Source of the DNA: Thermoplasmata archaeon
GTDB taxonomy: Archaea > Thermoplasmatota > E2 > JACPAO01 > JAHFTW01
Reading direction: 5' to 3'
Assembly (NCBI GenBank): GCA_034667725.1
Contig: JAXDQS010000010.1
Span: forward strand, 224,001-288,000
Length of the DNA stretch: 64,000 bases
The position numbers and the translations under genes were made by a program. Positions within the stretch are counted from its first letter, which is position 1. Every line of letters begins with the position of its first letter. Of this stretch, positions 9,089-18,266 are shown piece by piece. The notes under the pieces were generated by a model that made no database searches, was not told where the DNA came from, and saw only the letters and a program-made list of their open reading frames with translations.

Positions 9089-9128
9089 CTGCGAAACCCT
9101 CCTGAAGGGGTGCCTCCTCGCCGCTTCC

Positions 9129-9938
9129 ATGGACCGCGGCCGCCTTCTCTGGGAGTACCGCCCGCCGCGCGCCCATCCCATCCTCTACGCCGGCCTGCTG
9201 GTGTTCAGCTTCGTGTTCGCCACCGGCTCGCTGGAGAACCTTGCCCGCGACAACGTGCCGCGCCTGTACGCGGTCTACGCCGCCCCCGTCGCCGCCGTCC
9301 TCGTCCTCATGGCCGCCCTCTGGCCGACCCCCGTGCGCATCCACGAGAACGGTGTCGCCCCCAGCCGCGCCCTGGTGCTGCGGTGGTGGCGCCCGTTCGT
9401 CCCGTGGCCCCAGGTCGCCGCCTGCTACGCTGTCTCCTACGACGTGACCGGCGCCTTCGTGTCGCCGTTCGCCTCCTCCGACGGCAAGGTCACCCAGACC
9501 GGCATCGGGCTGGAGCTGCACGGCGGCGCCCTCGAGACGCTGCGCTTCACGCCCACCCGCTTCGCCCTCACGAGCCGCCGCAGCCGCGGCTACCGCGAGG
9601 CCATCGAGGTGGTGCGCGAGCGCTTCGCCCTGCTTGGCCGCCCGCTCGTGGCCCAGGCCGAGCGGCTCGCCCCGGCCGACCGCGAGACCCTGCTGGCCGA
9701 GGCGCGCAAGCCGTTCCTGCCGTTCTTCGCCATCGTGTTCCTGTTCGCGAGCGCCGCGCCCGTGGTGTGGCTCCTGATGGAGACGCTGCGCTGGGAGCCG
9801 CCGGGCGCCATCGCCGCCGCCCTGCTGCTGCCACTTGGCACCAGCCTCCGGAGCTACCTGCAGAGCCGGCGCCGCAACGCCATCCTCAACCGCCTCAGCA
9901 AGGCCGCCGAGTTCGAGCGCCGCACGGGGCCGGCATGA
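9129..9938 (+). CDS. Hypothetical membrane protein (4 TM, bPH-like soluble domain)
   Basis: Two TM pairs flanking VRIHENGV..FVPWPQV; good GC3 bias. Confidence 0.7.
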   Translation: MDRGRLLWEYRPPRAHPILYAGLLVFSFVFATGSLENLARDNVPRLYAVYAAPVAAVLVLMAALWPTPVRIHENGVAPSRALVLRWWRPFVPWPQVAACYAVSYDVTGAFVSPFASSDGKVTQTGIGLELHGGALETLRFTPTRFALTSRRSRGYREAIEVVRERFALLGRPLVAQAERLAPADRETLLAEARKPFLPFFAIVFLFASAAPVVWLLMETLRWEPPGAIAAALLLPLGTSLRSYLQSRRRNAILNRLSKAAEFERRTGPA

Positions 9939-10282
9939 GCAAGGTGTCGATGCCGCGGCCGCGCTACCTCGCCTTCGAGGTGGCGGCGGGCGCCCCCGTC
10001 CCGCGCAAGGCCTTCGCCAGCGCCCTGCGCGCCGCGGCGCGCGCGGGCGGCTGGGCCGAATCCGACGCGCCGCAGCTCACGCGCTACGCCTGGCCGCACG
10101 GCGTCGTGCGCGTCGAGCACCTGCACGCGGCGCGGGCGCGCGGCCTGCTGGCGGGCATCACGTGGGCGCAGGACGGGGCGGGGCCGCGCGCCGAGGTGCG
10201 GGTGCGGACGTTGGCGACGTCGGGGACCCTCAAGGCGCTCGCGGCGCGCACGGGCGTGCTGGGAAGCCGGGACGCCTCCTGA
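9935..10282 (+). CDS. rnp2: RNase P protein Pop5/Rpp14 family
   Basis: RPRYLAFEV...GVVRV...RTLATSGTLKAL. Confidence 0.8.
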   Translation: MSKVSMPRPRYLAFEVAAGAPVPRKAFASALRAAARAGGWAESDAPQLTRYAWPHGVVRVEHLHAARARGLLAGITWAQDGAGPRAEVRVRTLATSGTLKALAARTGVLGSRDAS

Positions 10283-10292
10283 GCCCGGCCGG

Positions 10293-11657
10293 TCAGGCCT
10301 TCCGCTTCGCCGCCGGCTTGGCGGGCACGACCATCTCCGACTCCTTCTCGAACCGGTCCTGCGCCCGCTCCTGCCGCCACACCACCAGCCCCGAGGCCGC
10401 CACCGTCAGCAGCACCAAGAGCAGGCTGAGATTGGTGAAGGCGGCCTCCCACGGGCTGAACAGGTCGTGGAAGGCGCTGCCGGGGACGTACGCGGGCGCC
10501 ACGAACGGCAGGGTCGCAAGCACGGCGGTGTCGAGGCCGCGGCCGAACACGCCGAACAGGTCGGCCTGGGCGGGGTCGCGGATGGAGGCGAGGCGGACGC
10601 TGAGGTAGCGGGCGGCGACGATGACGGCGAGGAACAGGAACGCCGCCGCCAGGAACAGGGCGCCGGGGCTGAGGCCTTGGAAGAACGCGACGGGGGTGGC
10701 GGGCCAGAGGCCGCCCTCGAAGGTGAAGCTGGCGCCCAGGAACAGGAAGAACATCGTGCGCACCAGGAACGTGATCTCGTCGTGGAACGCGACCACCTTG
10801 CCGTGCTCGTGGTCGTCCTCGCGCACGCGGGCGAAGCGGCGCAGGATGGCGGTGCGGTTGCCGACCAGGATGCCGAACAGCAGGATGCTCAAGGCGCCGG
10901 AGCCGCCCAGGAGCTCGGAGGCGCCGTAGACGCCGATCATGGTGGCGAACGTGAGCATGTAGGAGTGCGGGTGGCCGCTCAGGGTCCGGAGCGCGAACAG
11001 CCACGGGATGCCCGCCGCCAGGCCGACGGCGAGCGACACGGACAAGAGGACGGCGAACTGGCGGACGAACAGCGCGGGCGTCCCGGTGCCGTCGGCGAAC
11101 GCCAACAGCGACACGATGAGCGGGATGCACACCAGGTCGTACACCGCCATCTCGATGGTGTAGATGGCGCGTTGGCGGTCGGGGATGCGCAGGTCCCGGA
11201 GAACGCCGCTGGAGACCACCTGGTCGACGTTGGTCAGGGCGACCGCGAGGATGGCGGCGACCAGGGGCGGCATCCCCAACAGCAGGACGCCGACGCCGGC
11301 GATGCCGAGGGCGGTCAGGAAGAAGATCGGGAGGGTGTGCAGCAGCGCCGGGCGCAGGCCTTTGCGGAACGGCCCGAAGTCGAGCTGCAACCCGGCGTCG
11401 AACACCAGCACGACCAAGGCGATGCCGGCGAGCACCGGCGTGGCGGCGCGCAGGATGGCCGGGTCCAGGGCGGCGGCAAGCTGGTCGGAGCCCCAGCCGC
11501 GGCCCGCCAGCACGCGGTTGACCGGGCCCAACATCAGCCCGAGGCCCAAGAGCAGCAGGACGTCGGGGACGCGGGTGCGCTGGAAGATGCGGCCCGCCAC
11601 GAAGCCGGCGAACGTCAGCAACGCGATGGCGAGGAACCCGGCCGCCACGTCCGCCAT
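10293..11657 (-). CDS. Cation:proton antiporter (CPA1/NhaP-like)
   Basis: VPDVLLLLGLGLMLGP, VFDAGLQL, FHDEITFLVRTMFF, GRGL; about 13 TM. Confidence 0.88.
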   Translation of the reverse strand: MADVAAGFLAIALLTFAGFVAGRIFQRTRVPDVLLLLGLGLMLGPVNRVLAGRGWGSDQLAAALDPAILRAATPVLAGIALVVLVFDAGLQLDFGPFRKGLRPALLHTLPIFFLTALGIAGVGVLLLGMPPLVAAILAVALTNVDQVVSSGVLRDLRIPDRQRAIYTIEMAVYDLVCIPLIVSLLAFADGTGTPALFVRQFAVLLSVSLAVGLAAGIPWLFALRTLSGHPHSYMLTFATMIGVYGASELLGGSGALSILLFGILVGNRTAILRRFARVREDDHEHGKVVAFHDEITFLVRTMFFLFLGASFTFEGGLWPATPVAFFQGLSPGALFLAAAFLFLAVIVAARYLSVRLASIRDPAQADLFGVFGRGLDTAVLATLPFVAPAYVPGSAFHDLFSPWEAAFTNLSLLLVLLTVAASGLVVWRQERAQDRFEKESEMVVPAKPAAKRKA

Positions 11658-11729
11658 CGCGGGACGACAGCCGGATGGCCATTATAGCCCCGCCACAACG
11701 CTTACAGGCGCCCGGCCTGCGTCCCGGCC

Positions 11730-13169
11730 ATGCGCGTGCTTGCCGTCCTCCTCCTTGCCCTCCTGGTCCTGGTCCCCGCGGCCGACGCCCAGCACGCCCA
11801 CGAGGAGGGCGGCAGCGTGCGCATCCTTGCGGAGGGGCCGGTCCACGCCGGCGTCCTGGCCGGCTTCGCCGCCTTGGCCTTGGGCGACGACGACGCGCCG
11901 GACTTCCACCAGCAGAACCACCTGCGCGTGACGCAGGGCGGCCTGGTGCTGTTCGAGACCACGCCCGACTCCGGCCACGACTACGACGGTGTTGCCCGCT
12001 TCGCGCTCGCCTTCCCCGCCCCTGGGCCGTACCGCGTCGAGGCGCTGGACGACGCCGGCGCGGTCCTCGGCGCGCTGGAGGGCGAAGCGTTGCCCGTCCC
12101 CACCGAGGCCGGGACCTTGGCCGTCGCCCACAGCCTGGTCGACGGCATGGTGCGCTTCGACGCCATCGTGTCCGTCGGCGGCGTCCAGGTGCCGTCCCGG
12201 CTGCAGCTCGAGGCGATGGCGGACGGGAAGCCCGCGGCCCGCCTCGCGACCGTGGCCGTCGCGCACGTGGTGGAGCTTGGGCTCGACCCCGGCGTGACCT
12301 ACCGGTTCCGCCTGCTCGCGACCCCGCTCGACGCGCCGTTCGCGCCCGTCGTCCACGAGGAGACGTTCGCTGTCGAGGCCGCCCCGCGCGCCGACCCGCC
12401 CGCCCTGCCGTCCCCCAGCCCCATGCCGGGCAACGCCGTGGTGCGCGCCGGCGCGGGCAACGCCACCCTGCTCGGCACCTACGACCCCTGGACCGCGGTC
12501 GGCCCGGACACCCGCGCCCGCTTCGCCGCCGTCGGCCCCGCCGGCCCCATCGCCGTCCGGATGCACGACGCCGCCGGCCGGGTCCTGCTGGCCACCGACC
12601 AGCTCGCCGGCCCCGTCGCCGAGGTCACGACCACCCGCCCGCCCGGCGCCTACACCATCGCGTACACCGCCGGCGGCGAAACCGTCGAGCTGCCGTGGAC
12701 CGTGCTGCCGCCCAGCGACCCGTCCGCCGTCGGCCCGCAGGACCTCGTCTTCACCGCCCCCGCCGCCCAGGCCGGCGTCCCGTTCGACCTCGCGCTGGCC
12801 TCGCACGACCTCGCCGGCCGCCCGTTCGACCACACCGAGGTCGAGCTCGAGGTCGCCCGCGCCGGCGTCCCCGTCGTCCAGGCCAAGCTGCACACCCACG
12901 GCGACGGCAGCTTCCCGCTCCGCCTCGCCCTTCAGGAAGGGCGCCAGGACGTGCGCGCCCAGGTCTACCCGCTGGAGGCGCGCACCGCCCTGGCCGGCCC
13001 CGCCCTGCTGGCAAGCTTCGACGTGGCCCCCGGCGCCCCCGCCGAGCCCACCCCTGCCCCACAGGACCAAGAGGCCGAGGCGGCGCCCTTGGGCGCGCCC
13101 CTGGCCGTGCTGGCCGTGCTGGCGGCGGGCGGGCTGCGGCGCGGGGGCCGCGGCTGCAAAGGATTTTGA
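11730..13169 (+). CDS. Secreted His-motif-rich Ig-like protein with C-terminal anchor
   Basis: Signal peptide ending ADA; HAHEE, FHQQNH, GHDYDG, LHTHGDG; C-terminus APLGAPLAVLAVLAAGGLRR. Confidence 0.75.
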   Translation: MRVLAVLLLALLVLVPAADAQHAHEEGGSVRILAEGPVHAGVLAGFAALALGDDDAPDFHQQNHLRVTQGGLVLFETTPDSGHDYDGVARFALAFPAPGPYRVEALDDAGAVLGALEGEALPVPTEAGTLAVAHSLVDGMVRFDAIVSVGGVQVPSRLQLEAMADGKPAARLATVAVAHVVELGLDPGVTYRFRLLATPLDAPFAPVVHEETFAVEAAPRADPPALPSPSPMPGNAVVRAGAGNATLLGTYDPWTAVGPDTRARFAAVGPAGPIAVRMHDAAGRVLLATDQLAGPVAEVTTTRPPGAYTIAYTAGGETVELPWTVLPPSDPSAVGPQDLVFTAPAAQAGVPFDLALASHDLAGRPFDHTEVELEVARAGVPVVQAKLHTHGDGSFPLRLALQEGRQDVRAQVYPLEARTALAGPALLASFDVAPGAPAEPTPAPQDQEAEAAPLGAPLAVLAVLAAGGLRRGGRGCKGF

Positions 13170-13201
13170 GGCACCAGCGCCGTGGGCCGCTCGGTCTGTC
13201 G

Positions 13202-15319
13202 ATGCGTCCAGCGATGCTGCTTCCAGCCTTGGCCCTGGTGGGCCTGGGGCTTCTCACGATGATCCCGCACGAGGCCCAGGCCCAGGCGGTCATCGACAAC
13301 GGCTTCGTCCAGGTCGGCGTCCGCGCCGACGGCGCCCTCATCGCCTCCCCGGTCTCGACCGACGGCGACTGCACCGTCGTCGGCGGCGTCACGGTCTGCA
13401 CCGGCGGCGCCGGCACGGGCCTGGTCGGCCTGCGCCACATGGCCACCGGCTACGAGTCGACGGCCGACGGCTGCGCCTGCGAGACCTGGGGCGTGTCGTA
13501 CGACGGCGCCGTGTCGGGCTACGCCCGCAGCGGCAGCGCCGGCCCCGGCTCCGGCCTCACGCCGGTGGCGTTCTCGAACACCGCCAGCACCGCCGTGGCC
13601 ACCGTGCGCGCCGGCGACCTGCTGGTCACCCACGACTTCCACCCGACGGCACTCACCAACGACCTGTACGAGGTCAACGTCACCATCGAGAACACCGGCC
13701 CCGCCCACGTCGACCTGCGCTACCGCCGCGCCATGGACTGGGACATCCAGCCCACCGCCTTCAGCGAGTTCGTCACCATCGAGGCCAAGAGCCCGCTGCC
13801 GACCGCGCTGTCCTGCTCCAGCGACGACGGCTTCGCCACCGGCAACCCCCTCAGCGGCCTCGGCTCGATCCTGATGTACGGCCCCGGCTGCGGCTCCGAC
13901 TTCATCGACTCCGGCCCGAGCGACCACGGCGCCGCCTTCGACTTCCACTTCGGCGTCATCGCGGCCAGCGAGAAGCGCGAGTTCCGCATCTACTACGGCG
14001 CCGCCTCCTCCGAGATCGACGCCTACGCCGCCATGGCCGCGGTGGGCGCCGGCGTCTGGACCTTCGGGCAGTGCAACCCGGGCAGCAACCCCGCCTGCGA
14101 CACCAGCACGGGCGCGCCGGCCACCTTCATGTTCGGCTTCGACGACGTCGACATCATCCCGGTCAAGCCCGCCAACATCCCGCCCGTCGCCGCCGGCACC
14201 TACCTCGCCCGCACCGCCTGCGAGGACTCCCGCGTCTCGTTCGACGGGAGCAAGAGCACCGACCCCGACGGCTTCGTCCGCACCCACGCCTGGACCTTCG
14301 GCGACGGCGGCAACGCCACCGGCGAGAAGGTCGACCACCTCTACAAGGCGCCGGGCCCCTACACCGTGACGCACACTGTGATGGACAACAACGGCGCCCT
14401 CACCACCCGCACCTTCACCATCGTGAGCGCCGGCGACCCCGACTGCTGCCTCAACCTCAACCCGGTCCCGCCCATCGACGCGATGGAGTTCGACGCCGTC
14501 GGCTTCCTGCCCATCGTCTGGGACTTCGAGGACGGCCCCTACAGCTTCGACCTGTTCCCGCTGCCGACGGGCGCCACCTTCAACCCCGCCACCGGAGAGT
14601 TCGGCTGGCCCACCGCGGCCGGCGACGCTGGCGCCTACACCCTCACCCTGCTGGCCACGGACGGCGGCGGCTGCACCGTCGGCACCGAGGTCGACATCGC
14701 CGTCCGCCCGTACCCGCCGCCGCTGCCGCCCGCCGAGGACCATGACCTCGACGGCATCGCCAACGCGCAGGACAACTGCCCCGACCGCGTCAACCGCGAC
14801 CAGGGCGACGCCGACCGCGACGGCCTCGGCGACCTGTGCGACGACGACCCCGGCCTCACGGGCCCGGAGGCCGAGGCCGCGCGCCGGCTGCGCGCCGGCG
14901 GCGCGCGCGACCGCGACCGCGACGGGGTCGCCGACGTGGCCGACGTCTGCCCCGACGTGGCCGACCGCGACCAGAAGGACCTCGACGGCGACCGCCTCGG
15001 CGACCTGTGCGACCCGGACGCCGACGGCGACACGGTGCGCGACCAGCCCGCCGCCGGCATCCCGGCCGACAACTGCCTCCAACTGGCCAACGCGGACCAG
15101 GCCGACGCGGACGGCGACGGCGTCGGCGACGCCTGCGCCGCCGACCGCCTCGCCGCCGCCCAGGCGCGCAGCAGCGACGCCGAAGGCCGGCCCGCCGTCC
15201 TGGCCGCCGAGCAAGGCGGCCTCGGCTCGGGCGCCAAGGCGTTCATGCTGGCGTTCGCCGCCGCAGGCCTCCTGGGCCTGCTGGTGGTCTTGGCCATCCT
15301 GCGCCGCAACGAAGCGTAG
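13202..15319 (+). CDS. Surface protein: head domain + PKD + Ig + thrombospondin type 3 repeats + TM
   Basis: Signal peptide; WTFGDG PKD; DNCP..NRDQ.D.D.DG.GD.CD repeats; TM then RR. Confidence 0.88.
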   Translation: MRPAMLLPALALVGLGLLTMIPHEAQAQAVIDNGFVQVGVRADGALIASPVSTDGDCTVVGGVTVCTGGAGTGLVGLRHMATGYESTADGCACETWGVSYDGAVSGYARSGSAGPGSGLTPVAFSNTASTAVATVRAGDLLVTHDFHPTALTNDLYEVNVTIENTGPAHVDLRYRRAMDWDIQPTAFSEFVTIEAKSPLPTALSCSSDDGFATGNPLSGLGSILMYGPGCGSDFIDSGPSDHGAAFDFHFGVIAASEKREFRIYYGAASSEIDAYAAMAAVGAGVWTFGQCNPGSNPACDTSTGAPATFMFGFDDVDIIPVKPANIPPVAAGTYLARTACEDSRVSFDGSKSTDPDGFVRTHAWTFGDGGNATGEKVDHLYKAPGPYTVTHTVMDNNGALTTRTFTIVSAGDPDCCLNLNPVPPIDAMEFDAVGFLPIVWDFEDGPYSFDLFPLPTGATFNPATGEFGWPTAAGDAGAYTLTLLATDGGGCTVGTEVDIAVRPYPPPLPPAEDHDLDGIANAQDNCPDRVNRDQGDADRDGLGDLCDDDPGLTGPEAEAARRLRAGGARDRDRDGVADVADVCPDVADRDQKDLDGDRLGDLCDPDADGDTVRDQPAAGIPADNCLQLANADQADADGDGVGDACAADRLAAAQARSSDAEGRPAVLAAEQGGLGSGAKAFMLAFAAAGLLGLLVVLAILRRNEA

Positions 15320-15362
15320 CCGAAAAAATCGAAGGAAACGGAAGGAAAAGGGAAGAAGGGAA
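15320..15362 (-). terminator. Pyrimidine/U-rich terminator tract for the minus-strand gene
   Basis: Purine run on + strand (aaaaaa...gaaggaaaagggaagaaggg) just past the stop at 15375. Confidence 0.45.
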
Positions 15363-15374
15363 TGTCAGCTTGGC

Positions 15375-15977
15375 TCAGAACAGGCTCGCGACCCCGGACA
15401 CCATGCCGGAGAAGAACGCCTCGACCTGGCCCATGAAGCTCGCGTCGGCCTCGACGTCCGCCTGGGCGTCGACCGAGGCGTCCGCCTGCAGGCCCGCGTC
15501 GAGCTGGGCGTCGGCCGCGACGTCCGCGTCGACCGCCGCGTGGGCGTCCGCGGCCACGTTGGCGGCCGCGTCGAGCGCGCCGTCGACCGTGCCGTGGACC
15601 GTCGACTGGGCGGTCGCGGTGGCGGTGCCGGCCAGGCCGAGGCCCGTGCCGAGGGCACCGGTGGCGGTCGCCTGCGCGTCCGCCGTCACGTCGGCCGCGG
15701 CGTGGGCCGCGGCGTCGAGCTGGGCGTCGGCGTCGACGCTGGCGTCGAGGGCCGCGTCGAGGTTGGCGTCGACGTTGGCGTCAAGGCTGGCGTCCGCATC
15801 CGCGGCGGCGTCCAGGCCAGCGTCCGCGGCGGCGTCGGCGGCAGCGTCCGCCGCGCCGGTCGCGCCGAGGCCGAGCATGGCCGTGCCCGGGATGGCCAGG
15901 GCCAGCAGGGCAGTCAGGGCAAGGGCAGCAAGGCCCGCCTTCTTCCAGGGTTTCTTGGGGGTGTGTTGGGGTTCCAT
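15375..15977 (-). CDS. Secreted Ala/Asp-rich alternating-repeat protein
   Basis: KKPWKK + hydrophobic signal; DAx[LVA] repeats; AGGTGA SD before ATG. Confidence 0.8.
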   Translation of the reverse strand: MEPQHTPKKPWKKAGLAALALTALLALAIPGTAMLGLGATGAADAAADAAADAGLDAAADADASLDANVDANLDAALDASVDADAQLDAAAHAAADVTADAQATATGALGTGLGLAGTATATAQSTVHGTVDGALDAAANVAADAHAAVDADVAADAQLDAGLQADASVDAQADVEADASFMGQVEAFFSGMVSGVASLF

Positions 15978-16188
15978 CGGGGTCACCTTGTCTCCTGGTC
16001 CGACGGCGCGGCACATAAGGCGACGCGATACGCCGGGAAACTCCCAGCACCTCCTCAGGCAGGCTTATCTACGAACCATCCTGAGCCGGCCCCCGACGCC
16101 TGTGCCGGGTCCCCCCGGGTCGGTCGTTGAAAGATGAAGGAGGGCGGGGCGCCACCGCGGCCCAAACTCCCTATGGAGACAGACAACT

Positions 16189-16557
16189 ATGGCAATGTTC
16201 GTTCGTTTTGAGACCCCCAAGGAGCTTGGGGCGCAGATCTACGAGACCATCGAGAAGGCCCGCAGCACGGGCCGGGTCGCCAAGGGCGCCAACGAGGTCA
16301 CGAAGCAGGTGGAGCGCGGCGTGGCGAAGTTCGTCGTCATGGCCGAGGACGTCACCCCCGAGGAGATCCTCGCCCACATCCCGCTTTTGTGCGAGGAGAA
16401 GGGCATCCCCTACGGCTACGTCCCCTCCAAGGCCGAGCTCGGCAACGCCGCCGGCCTCGCCGTCGGCACCGCCGCGGTCGCCATCGTCGACGCCGGCACC
16501 GCCGCCGAGTCCGTCGAGGACGTCGCCAAGAAGACCAGCGCCCTCAAGAGCGCGTAA
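16189..16557 (+). CDS. rpl7ae: 50S ribosomal protein L7Ae
   Basis: [37 protein letters not shown]. Confidence 0.97.
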   Translation: MAMFVRFETPKELGAQIYETIEKARSTGRVAKGANEVTKQVERGVAKFVVMAEDVTPEEILAHIPLLCEEKGIPYGYVPSKAELGNAAGLAVGTAAVAIVDAGTAAESVEDVAKKTSALKSA

Positions 16558-16570
16558 GGAGGCAGTTCCC

Positions 16571-16909
16571 ATGGCTGAAGAAGCGAAGAAGGGCAAGGCC
16601 CCCGCCGACGACAAGCCGGCGAAGGCGGCCAAGGCCCCGAAGGACGCCGACGCGGCACCCGCCTCGGCACCCGCCACGCCCCAGGCCGGCGAGACCGACG
16701 CCTTCCCCGCGGAGGTCGTCGAGGTCGTCTCGCGCGGCGGCATGACCGGCGAGGTCACCCTCGTCAAGGTCCGCGTCCTTGCGGGCCGCGACAAGGGCCG
16801 CATCATCGCCCGCAACGCGATGGGCCCCATCCAGATGGGCGACATCCTGATGCTGCGCGAGACCGAGCGCGAGGCGCGCACCATCGGCGGCGGGGGTCGG
16901 AAGAAGTGA
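16571..16909 (+). CDS. rps28e: 30S ribosomal protein S28e with N-terminal extension
   Basis: [28 protein letters not shown]...[14 protein letters not shown]. Confidence 0.95.
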   Translation: MAEEAKKGKAPADDKPAKAAKAPKDADAAPASAPATPQAGETDAFPAEVVEVVSRGGMTGEVTLVKVRVLAGRDKGRIIARNAMGPIQMGDILMLRETEREARTIGGGGRKK

Positions 16910-17217
16910 GCAACTGCTCCTTCTGCGGCAAGCCCGTCGAGGCCGGCACCGGCAAGATGTACATCAAGCGGGACGCGACCGTGTTCCACTTCTGCAGCAG
17001 CAAGTGCCAGCGCAACCAGGTCGAGCTCGGCCGCGTCAACCGGCACGTCGGCTGGACCAAGGCCTACGCCGAGCACAAGGGCGACCGCCAGACGACGTCC
17101 GCCCGCGCCGCCGGCAAGGGCACCGCGACCGGCAAGGCCGTCGCCGCCGCCAAGCCTGCCAAGCCCGCGAAGCCCGCCAAGGCCGCCAAGAAGACGGCCG
17201 AGGCCCAGGCCGAGTAA
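16906..17217 (+). CDS. rpl24e: 50S ribosomal protein L24e
   Basis: [14 protein letters not shown]...FCSSKC...WT. Confidence 0.96.
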   Translation: MSNCSFCGKPVEAGTGKMYIKRDATVFHFCSSKCQRNQVELGRVNRHVGWTKAYAEHKGDRQTTSARAAGKGTATGKAVAAAKPAKPAKPAKAAKKTAEAQAE

Positions 17218-17230
17218 GCGCGCGCCAGCG

Positions 17231-17263
17231 CCTCCTTTTTCCCTCTCCTTCCTCCCCTCTTTT
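17231..17263 (+). terminator. Pyrimidine-rich terminator tract after the r-protein operon
   Basis: cctcctttttccctctccttcctcccctctttt. Confidence 0.5.
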
Positions 17264-17287
17264 GAACGCGGCCGGCTTCGGCGCCCC

Positions 17288-17842
17288 GTGGCCCTGACGC
17301 CGTCCACGATGGTGGAGCTCGGCACGCCCGCCCCCGACTTCGCGCTGCCCGACACCGAGGGCCGCGCCGTCCGCCGCGCCGACTTCGCGGGCCGGCCGCT
17401 GCTGGTGATGTTCCTCTGCAACCACTGCCCCTACGTCAAGCACGTCGCCAAGGGGCTCGCCGACGCCACCGCCAAATACCTCCAGAAGGGGCTCGCCGTG
17501 GTCGCCATCAACGCCAACGACGCCGAGCGCTACCCCGAGGACTCCCCCGCCAACATGCGTCGCGAGGCCCGCGACCGCGGCTACCGCTTCCCCTACCTGT
17601 TCGACGAGACCCAGGAAGTGGCCCGCGCCTACCACGCCGCCTGCACGCCGGACTTCTTCCTCTACGGCCGCGACCACCGCCTGGTCTACCGCGGCCAGTT
17701 CGACGACTCGCGCCCAGGCAACGGCAAGCCCGTGACCGGCATCGACCTCACGATGGCCGTGGAAGGATTGCTGGCGGGCCGGGCGCCGATCGAGCCGCAG
17801 GTGGCGTCGATGGGATGCAACATCAAGTGGAAGGCGGCCTAG
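17288..17842 (+). CDS. Thioredoxin-fold AhpC/TSA-like redoxin
   Basis: APDFALPD, CNHCPYV, ACTPDFF, YRGQFDDSRPG, GCNIKW. Confidence 0.92.
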   Translation: MALTPSTMVELGTPAPDFALPDTEGRAVRRADFAGRPLLVMFLCNHCPYVKHVAKGLADATAKYLQKGLAVVAINANDAERYPEDSPANMRREARDRGYRFPYLFDETQEVARAYHAACTPDFFLYGRDHRLVYRGQFDDSRPGNGKPVTGIDLTMAVEGLLAGRAPIEPQVASMGCNIKWKAA

Positions 17843-17930
17843 CGCGAGGACGAAGCGCCGGTCGTGCCCTTCACACCCCAAAGCCTTGCCGGTCCTTCGC
17901 ATCGGCACGCCCAAATGACGGGGCCGAATC

Positions 17931-18266
17931 GTGCAGGCCGTGGTGACGTACCGGGCGGTGGCCTTCGCGCTGGGCGCCCTGGGGCTGCTGGCGTTCGCCG
18001 CCGCCGGCGTGCTGGCCCTCACCGCGCAGCCGGACGCGTCCTGCGGCGCCATCGTCACCTGCAAGCGGGAGTCGCTGGCGAAGCAGGAGTTCCCGGTGGC
18101 GCTCGCCGCCGCGTTGGGCGCGGCGCTGATGGCGGCGGCCGTGCTGTTCCTGTTCCTGCAGTTCCGCCAGGACCGGCGCCGGCCGAAGCGGGCGGCGGCC
18201 GCGGCGCCTGCGCGCTCGCATGGGCCCATCGTCACGACGACGCGGCCGCGCCCGCCCCGGCCCTGA
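17931..18266 (+). CDS. Small 2-TM protein with a Cys-pair loop
   Basis: Two hydrophobic helices flanking SCGAIVTCK; basic tail. Confidence 0.55.
   Translation: MQAVVTYRAVAFALGALGLLAFAAAGVLALTAQPDASCGAIVTCKRESLAKQEFPVALAAALGAALMAAAVLFLFLQFRQDRRRPKRAAAAAPARSHGPIVTTTRPRPPRP

Noticed and set aside
14178-14191. 14-bp identity (tcccgcccgtcgcc) with 52025-52038 at the head/stalk junction as a recombination site
   Set aside because: Explained by the conserved PPVA peptide under GC-biased codons; not identical in the third paralogue
14730-15140. Repeated gacggc/gaccgcgac DNA motifs, also at 52610-53000 and 57045-57435, as a possible CRISPR or DNA repeat array
   Set aside because: They encode TSP3-like Asp-rich repeats; no constant repeat-spacer structure and no cas genes
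16120-16190. K-turn autoregulatory element in the rpl7ae leader
   Set aside because: Could not identify convincing tandem G-A pairs with flanking stems by eye
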